Part shown: positions 41,801 through 46,259 of the stretch, in pieces | Layout: every line of letters begins with the position of its first letter | Position numbering within the stretch: the first letter of the stretch is position 1 | NCBI GenBank assembly: GCA_903862255.1 | Contig: CAIOXK010000024.1 | Span: 1 to 46,259 of the forward strand | Reading direction: 5' to 3' | Length of the DNA: 46,259 bases | From: Candidatus Nomurabacteria bacterium | Lineage (GTDB): Bacteria; Patescibacteriota; Minisyncoccia; Phycocordibacterales; UBA9973 | Position numbers and translations under genes: made by a program | Notes under the pieces: generated by a model | The model's input: the letters and a program-made list of their open reading frames with translations, nothing else | Databases searched by the model: none | Told to the model about the DNA's origin: nothing

Positions 41801-42024
41801 GGTTCTACAAGGTGAAATGATACGAAATCCAATTGGAACTTCTTAGCAGAATAGTCATTAATAGGAGTGAATTCCTTGAATGTTTCCTTAAGGCCTTTTT
41901 CTATTAACCAGTTGAATGAATCAAGCTGGTGCTGAATAAGGTTCGGAAACTCTACAAGAGGTTTCTTATATTTCGAAAAGTACTTTTTAGGACGCTGTGT
42001 GCCCTGTGGTGATGCTTTACTCAT
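38818..42024 (-). CDS. rpoB: RNA polymerase beta subunit
   Basis: GTFIING, HYGRVCPIQTPEGPNIGL, GDKLAGRHGNKG, GQRFGEMEVWALE. Start placed at ATG 42024. Confidence 0.98.
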   Translation of the reverse strand: MSKASPQGTQRPKKYFSKYKKPLVEFPNLIQHQLDSFNWLIEKGLKETFKEFTPINDYSAKKFQLDFVSFHLVEPKFDEHYCKENKLSLETQIKARVKLTNKQTGSEKEQEIFMADLPVMTPHGTFIINGVERSIIPQLSRSSGVFFTELEVKGKRFFGAKIIPNRGVWIEIESDPDGTVYVRIDKKRKFPVVSLLRALGLTTDEDIKKHFPNEIAQKVILHSLEKDVAKTPGEAFVEIYRKLRDGDLATADNARDFVNNLFSEERYDLSSVGRFRFNKRFELDMGDAEMERKTLSATDLALIVNNIIALNNTPGSHADDIDNLSSRRVRFVGEMLQQKIYVGLTQIKRNVQDRMSTIDASNALPIQVVNQRPLQARIKEFFTTNQLSQFMQQENVLSELEELRTLSALGPGGLTRERATLEVRDVHPSHYGRVCPIQTPEGPNIGLILRLSIYARVNAFGVIETPYVKVKNGKITGEVEYLNAAEEEKVIIAHGGNKYDEKGNLPENVEARIRTNPGIVKKEEVHYIDVAPNQAFSVGTSMIPFVEHNDANRALMGSNMQRQAVPLIRPEAPLVATGVEQDAAPYSGRLILAESDGEITYVDASKITVRDEKNKDKSYALTSFQRNNNFNAFHQRPVVTMGQKVKKGDLLADTSTTDHGQIALGQNMMVAFMSWNGANFEDAIILSERLIKDSKFTSIYIAEFTSVVRDTKLGPEVTTRDIPNVGEARLKDLDEDGIIRVGAEVKEGDILVGKITPKGETELTPEERLLRSIFAEKARDVKDTSLKMDHGKRGRIIRVKVFSRDQGHTLESGVIKKIVIEVAQLRNISVGDKLAGRHGNKGVISVVLPEEDMPYMADGRPVDVVLTPLGVPSRMNLGQILELHLGMAANELGYQAIVPPFAGATDSEIKEELVKAGLPENGRVPLFDGRTGDKYEQDIAVGYMYILKLHHMVEDKIHMRSIGPYSLITQQPLGGKAQGGGQRFGEMEVWALEGYGAAHTLREMLTIKSDDIRGRAATFDAIIKNEKIGEPNVPASFSVMLNYLRGLSLDVELKNTLKVETVEDEVAN

Positions 42025-42165
42025 AATTTGAACGTGCTCCTTCGCCGAAGGCTTCGGCGACAGAACCAAAAATAGCCTCAAGTTTCCCTGATGGCGTTAA
42101 TCTATAAAACTCTCATAATTTACAGGTCTCTCTACCGTAACCCTTCCACAATCTGTAATGCCTAT

Positions 42166-42194
42166 AATATAAACAAAATATAAAGAAATGTCAA
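42166..42194 (-). promoter_or_regulatory. Sigma70 promoter for rpoBC
   Basis: TTGACA-17 nt-TATATT on the minus strand. Confidence 0.7.
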
Positions 42195-42245
42195 TCAAAA
42201 TACCGCCCCCAGATTGGAGCGGTATGGCAATTTTGTGTGCGATTT

Positions 42246-42815
42246 TTAATCTTGTCGAATTGGGACAACTTTAGCATCCTCTTTAAAGAGAATGTTTGAC
42301 CATTTTTTTCCAAAAATAAACTTACAGGCTAGGGCTGATAATGTAACCAATGCTCCATAACCCAACAGGGCAAACATTTGCGACAAAGATTCAACTCCGG
42401 CATAAAACAGAAAAAGTACAAACACTAAGTTGAATACCAGGCTATACCTTATACGGTTTAGTCCCAATATAAATGAGGCAATCATTGCAAAAAGCAATGT
42501 ATTGTTTTCTGTAACCCATTCAGCCGGCAGCAAATATCCCCATACAACTAGCGAAGCAATCACTGTCGCCAGTATGATTGAGATCGGATAATATATCTGA
42601 TTGGGCTTTTTTGTTTCCGTTGGTGAAATAAATTTTACTTCTTTCACTAATGCAATATAAACAACAGCAGCTACTGTTGCTGTGACATATTGCAGGCTAA
42701 AAGCAGTTTGGAATTTATGGTATACAACAAAACGGTACACCGAGACTACGGCGAATGTAATCAATGACGATGCAATAAGGTATTGCACGTAGTCAACAAT
42801 TTTTTCTTTTTTCAT
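42246..42815 (-). CDS. Hypothetical polytopic membrane protein
   Basis: 189 aa, about 6 TMs; TTGACT-17-TATAAT promoter at 42843-42871; hairpin near 42200-42225 downstream. Confidence 0.7.
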   Translation of the reverse strand: MKKEKIVDYVQYLIASSLITFAVVSVYRFVVYHKFQTAFSLQYVTATVAAVVYIALVKEVKFISPTETKKPNQIYYPISIILATVIASLVVWGYLLPAEWVTENNTLLFAMIASFILGLNRIRYSLVFNLVFVLFLFYAGVESLSQMFALLGYGALVTLSALACKFIFGKKWSNILFKEDAKVVPIRQD

Positions 42816-42894
42816 TTTTGTTTAAATATGTGATTTTTACATATTATATACATAAGTTAAGAAAAAGTCAATACCCTATCGACTATTACTATAT

Positions 42895-42924
42895 AAAAAT
42901 ACCCCTTTATAAGGGGGTATTTTT
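42895..42924. terminator. Intrinsic terminator
   Basis: AAAAATACCCCT-ttata-AGGGGGTATTTTT downstream of the 39-aa ORF. Confidence 0.8.
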
Positions 42925-42944
42925 AACAATTTCAGAAAAATAAT

Positions 42945-43064
42945 TTAATTACAACTTGAATAAATTGGACAAACAGAGCCGCCCGCAGCTGATACTGTCC
43001 CAACAGAAAAACAAACTATAAATGCAACGACAACGGCTACTATTAAAAATGTAGGGGTTTTCAT
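42945..43064 (-). CDS. 39-aa secreted peptide precursor
   Basis: MKTPTFLIVAVVVAFIVCFSVGTVSAAGGSVCPIYSSCN*; below ORF-track cutoff; more GC-rich than its flanks; own terminator. Confidence 0.6.
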   Translation of the reverse strand: MKTPTFLIVAVVVAFIVCFSVGTVSAAGGSVCPIYSSCN

Positions 43065-43115
43065 AATTAAAAATTAATTTAAATAAATAATGTAAGTATA
43101 TTCACATTTTTTCAC

Positions 43116-43850
43116 TTATATGTCAAAATTTTTTTGGTTTTTACGCCACTCTTCAATCTTCTTATGATCTCCTGAGATCAATACCGGTGGTACAGCGTAT
43201 TTTTTAGGTTTAACTATTTTTGTAGTCTTGCCTGATTTTGCGGATGTGGGCGTGCCCCGCATAGTTTTGGCGGAGTGGGGCCATACAAGAACCTCTGGAC
43301 GAGTAAATACGCGAGGACTAGCATTTCGCAACTCCTCTACTGATTCGTGTGTGCCAAGTACTCCGGGGATCTGACGACAAATAGCATCTGTCATAACCAA
43401 TGCTGGCAATTCACCTCCTGTTAATACAAAGTCACCGATTGATACTTCTTCCGCTTTCAAGATAGTTCGTACGCGATCATCTACTCCTTCATACCTTCCA
43501 CATATAAACACAACATCACTATATGATTTCGCCCATTTTGCCGCCATGGTATTGGTAAACATGGCACCAGTCGGCGAAAGCATTACTACTTTTACCTTAG
43601 GGGACTGTCCCCTTTTTAAAGATAATTTCAATTTATTATAGGCACGTAGAATTGGCTCTGGTGTCATAACCATTCCTGGACCACCGCCATATGGGCGTTC
43701 ATCAACTTTCTTATGTTTATCCAGCGTATAATCACGGATATTTTTCACATCAAAAGACACGAGCTTCTTTTCAGATGCGCGCCTCAACATTGCTTCGCTG
43801 AGATAGCTTTCGATCATCTCTGGGAAAATTGTTAGAAAGTGAAATTTCAT
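43116..43850 (-). CDS. trmD: tRNA (guanine-N1)-methyltransferase
   Basis: LTIFPE, VDERPYGGGPGMVM, CGRYEGVDDR, SIGDFVLTGGE, VPPVLISGDH. Confidence 0.97.
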   Translation of the reverse strand: MKFHFLTIFPEMIESYLSEAMLRRASEKKLVSFDVKNIRDYTLDKHKKVDERPYGGGPGMVMTPEPILRAYNKLKLSLKRGQSPKVKVVMLSPTGAMFTNTMAAKWAKSYSDVVFICGRYEGVDDRVRTILKAEEVSIGDFVLTGGELPALVMTDAICRQIPGVLGTHESVEELRNASPRVFTRPEVLVWPHSAKTMRGTPTSAKSGKTTKIVKPKKYAVPPVLISGDHKKIEEWRKNQKNFDI

Positions 43851-43898
43851 AAGGTTAATACTACAATAGGTAGCTAAAAAGTCAAAAAAGTCCCAGTT

Positions 43899-44090
43899 TT
43901 ATAAACTAAGACTTTTTAATTGCACTGCGGGTAATGTTTTTTTATTTTTACGTTTTAAATAATTCATTAATACTGCTAATGCTATTGCTCCAGCGCAAAA
44001 AGATACCGAAACAATCTCCCAGCCGAATTCAAAGTGAAAATAAAATGATGCGACAATACATGCTGCCATTAGGTACTCTATTTTTTTCAT
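43899..44090 (-). CDS. Small 2-TM hypothetical protein
   Basis: 63 aa, two hydrophobic segments then a basic tail; TTGACT upstream at 44141-44146. Confidence 0.6.
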   Translation of the reverse strand: MKKIEYLMAACIVASFYFHFEFGWEIVSVSFCAGAIALAVLMNYLKRKNKKTLPAVQLKSLSL

Positions 44091-44153
44091 AGCAATCAGG
44101 ATTTAAGTATTTCCACAATTAAATCAACGTAATTAAAATAAGTCAATAATGTA

Positions 44154-44177
44154 AAAAAGTACCAATTGGTACTTTTT
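44154..44177. terminator. Perfect 24-bp palindrome / terminator
   Basis: AAAAAGTACCAATTGGTACTTTTT just downstream of the 44182 ORF. Confidence 0.7.
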
Positions 44178-44181
44178 AAAT

Positions 44182-44385
44182 TTAGCGCAGTGTATATTTT
44201 TTCTTTCTATATGCCGCACTATTTGACCGATCTCTATTTCTAATAGAGTAAATGAGTCTTGTTCGATATACCTGTTTACTAACAGGTTGTGGAGTACAAT
44301 ACTCGCCTTCACTATAAAAATAGTAAATAAACGATGCTATACAAGCTAAAAATAGAATGTATAGGTAAAATAGTGCGATTTGCAT
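44182..44385 (-). CDS. Small 1-TM basic hypothetical protein
   Basis: 67 aa; TTGACT-17-TATTAT promoter at about 44415-44443; own terminator. Confidence 0.6.
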   Translation of the reverse strand: MQIALFYLYILFLACIASFIYYFYSEGEYCTPQPVSKQVYRTRLIYSIRNRDRSNSAAYRKKKYTLR

Positions 44386-44476
44386 ATAGTTTTTAATGAG
44401 TTAGGTTCTACTAGATAATAGCACAAAACAACAAAAAAGTCAATTAAAATACCCTGTCCTAATTTATTGTTCCATA

Positions 44477-44505
44477 CAAAAAACCCCTATTTCTAAGGGT
44501 TTTTG
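44477..44505. terminator. Intrinsic terminator after khpA
   Basis: CAAAAAACCC-ctatttctaa-GGGTTTTTG. Confidence 0.6.
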
Positions 44506-44515
44506 CGTATATTTA

Positions 44516-44821
44516 TTAGAGATCTTTCAAATCAGCCATTGCATCATCAAGGTTTGCAACGTCTGGCTGGCGTTCATAGCCGGCTGGTTCATTAATCTTG
44601 AGGTTTACGCGAGCATTATTTTTCATGCCAACTACGCGAAGCAGTGTTCGGATAGCTTTGGCAGTATTACCAGAGCGACCAATGATTTTACCCATATCGG
44701 CCTGGTTAATAGAGAGTGTCAAAAGTACGCCCATCTCATCAACGGTACGGTCAATAACCACATCATTCGGGTTATCAACAAGCGCTTTTATAAGCATTTC
44801 AAGAAATTCTTTGTCAGACAT
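44516..44821 (-). CDS. khpA: KH-domain RNA-binding protein
   Basis: ALVDNPNDV, DMGKIIGRSGNTAKAIRTLL; conserved position after rpsP. Start at ATG 44821. Confidence 0.92.
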   Translation of the reverse strand: MSDKEFLEMLIKALVDNPNDVVIDRTVDEMGVLLTLSINQADMGKIIGRSGNTAKAIRTLLRVVGMKNNARVNLKINEPAGYERQPDVANLDDAMADLKDL

Positions 44822-44892
44822 ATAAGGTATAGAGATTAGCTGATAACGCACCATAAGGTACTGCTTTTATAATAACATAAAGAAAATCTAAA

Positions 44893-44925
44893 CAAAAAGA
44901 CCAACATCGAATGTTGGCCTTTTTG
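44893..44925. terminator. Intrinsic terminator after rpsP
   Basis: CAAAAAGACCAACAT-cga-ATGTTGGCCTTTTTG. Confidence 0.75.
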
Positions 44926-44944
44926 TGAAGTATTTTTGGGACGT

Positions 44945-44971
44945 GTCCCGCGAAGCTTTAGCGAAGTGGGA
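44945..44971 (-). repeat. REP-like element abutting the rpsP stop
   Basis: Reverse complement TCCCACTTCGCTAAAGCTTCGCGGGAC, 1 mismatch to 24889-24915. Confidence 0.85.
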
Positions 44972-45277
44972 TTATTTCTTCTTAGCGTCTTTACGCTTTG
45001 GAGTAGGAGATTTCTTTGAAAGTACGTTTTTTGCACGTCCTTCAACAATTCCTTGCTTCACAAGCATATTGTGAGCAGTGTCAGAAACCTGAGCGCCATT
45101 TGCAATCCAGTGAGTAATGCGTTCTTTCTTAAGAGTCACAGCATCATTTTTCAGAGTGTATGAACCAAGGATTTCCAAGAACTTACCACTTTGTGGCCCG
45201 TTTTTAGAGTCCGTCACTACTAGTCGGAATGCTGCTTCATTTTTGCGCCCAATGCGCTGTAGTCGAATCTTTAACAT
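44972..45277 (-). CDS. rpsP: 30S ribosomal protein S16
   Basis: MLKIRLQRIGRKN, FRLVVTDS, GKFLEILGSY, WIANGAQVSDT. Confidence 0.97.
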   Translation of the reverse strand: MLKIRLQRIGRKNEAAFRLVVTDSKNGPQSGKFLEILGSYTLKNDAVTLKKERITHWIANGAQVSDTAHNMLVKQGIVEGRAKNVLSKKSPTPKRKDAKKK

Positions 45278-45311
45278 GTAGGTCGTATCGTAGCAGAGAA
45301 AAGAAAAAAGG

Positions 45312-45821
45312 TCAATGACGACCTTTTAATAATAGCTTTAATTCCCTTCTAATTGAAATAGTCCACAGCATAGAAAGTGCTGTCGCCATGAACCATGGCC
45401 ATACACCGGTTTTGTAAAAAGCATATATTGATCCCAAAAATAATAATGGAATTACAATAAATGCCCAAAACGATAGTTCTGTTTTAACTAAAGCATTCTT
45501 TTCAATACCACTGACAAGTACTTCAATTTCATCCCATTTAGCATTCTTAATGGCTCTAATTTTTTTCTGTATTTCCTCAATCTCTGACAAAGAGTATTCA
45601 CCCATCAAAATTGCCGATATCGATTCAGGCGATTTTGCCTTTTTATAATCTTGATTGAAATACATTGTTAAATTTTGAGCATCCTGCGTGACTAAAAAAT
45701 TATACCCTTGCAATGTAATGATTGATTTTTGTCGGGGCGTTGAATACACATGTACCACCTGGCTAAACTCTATAGTACCTATAACGAGCCTATAAAAAAC
45801 TGGTTTCAATAATCTATCCAT
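45312..45821 (-). CDS. Hypothetical protein with 2 C-terminal TMs
   Basis: 169-aa ORF; TTGACA-16-TATAGT promoter at 45841-45868. Confidence 0.65.
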   Translation of the reverse strand: MDRLLKPVFYRLVIGTIEFSQVVHVYSTPRQKSIITLQGYNFLVTQDAQNLTMYFNQDYKKAKSPESISAILMGEYSLSEIEEIQKKIRAIKNAKWDEIEVLVSGIEKNALVKTELSFWAFIVIPLLFLGSIYAFYKTGVWPWFMATALSMLWTISIRRELKLLLKGRH

Positions 45822-45917
45822 TTCTTTTAAATTTTTGAAAACTATACTGTAATTTATAAAAATGTCAAAGGTTTTTCCATTCGTTCTTTATATGAATCGT
45901 GTTACGATAGATACCAT

Positions 45918-46259
45918 ATGGAAACAACTTCACCGGAGCTTAAAGTAGGTGCGCAGTACGAAGGACAAATTAACATTTCAACAAAAGGTACAGGCTTCGT
46001 TAAGGTACGTGACCGAGGGATTACTATCGAAGTTCCCCGTGAGTCACTAAACAAGGCTTTTCATAGCGATACAGTACGTGTTGAAGTAACAGCAATGGTT
46101 GCTCCCCAATCTCGTGAAAATAATCCAGAAGGAAAGGTTGTTGATATTACTCGCCGATCAAAAGTTGGCTACAGTGGCACATTGGTTCTTGAAAATGGTA
46201 TTTATAGCATTACATCAAATGATGGGCGTATGTATACAACTATCGCCATCCCCAATGAC
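45918..46259 (+). CDS. rnr: Ribonuclease R, N-terminal cold-shock domains (partial, runs off window end)
   Basis: Manual translation METTSPELKVGAQYEGQINISTKGTGFVKV...SLNKAFHSDTVRVEV...PEGKVVDITRR; open to the window end. Confidence 0.8.
   Translation, partial: METTSPELKVGAQYEGQINISTKGTGFVKVRDRGITIEVPRESLNKAFHSDTVRVEVTAMVAPQSRENNPEGKVVDITRRSKVGYSGTLVLENGIYSITSNDGRMYTTIAIPND

Noticed and set aside
42025..42081. N-terminal extension of RpoB in the ORF track (similarly leuS, doxX-like, khpA, GT2)
   Set aside because: Extensions start at TTG/GTG and run through promoter, terminator or REP sequence; downstream ATGs fit better.
595..44825. Many short ORFs overlapping murJ, leuS, uvrABC, tgt, mreB, rpoBCD and others
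   Set aside because: Antisense or alternate-frame shadows of well-conserved genes; no independent motifs.
44836..45048. 70-aa ORF containing PTSLKLRG
   Set aside because: Overlaps the rpsP 3' end, a REP copy and a terminator; the peptide is an alternative-frame reading of the repeat.

Overview
A 46-kb AT-rich bacterial chromosome segment, standard genetic code. Gene content and order (proS-mreB-mreC, rpsP-khpA-trmD without rimM, short ProRS and UvrC, Lys/Ala-rich RpoD N-terminus) suggest a CPR/Patescibacteria (Parcubacteria-like) genome; this is inference. Housekeeping genes: murJ, leuS, uvrA/B/C, tgt, mreBC, proS, rpsB-tsf, tRNA-Thr, rpoB-rpoC-dnaG-rpoD, trmD, khpA, rpsP and a partial rnr. 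Between them are small orphan genes, many with their own promoter and terminator, a surface-glycan/thioredoxin cluster, and a RAYT-like HUH transposase flanked by GGGG-N5-CCCC hairpins. Main observations: (1) two or three families of short REP-like palindromes occur between genes and also in frame inside trmD, rpoD, dnaG and the transposase; (2) a CCAGA-N2-TTGAC-N8-TATAnT-N6-start motif is shared in identical register by uvrA and uvrB; (3) an unannotated 39-aa secreted two-Cys peptide gene; (4) an HhH-glycosylase-like orphan next to uvrC; (5) a Ddl paralogue with altered catalytic residues; (6) a SnoaL gene broken by a single TAG; (7) widespread leaderless promoter geometry.
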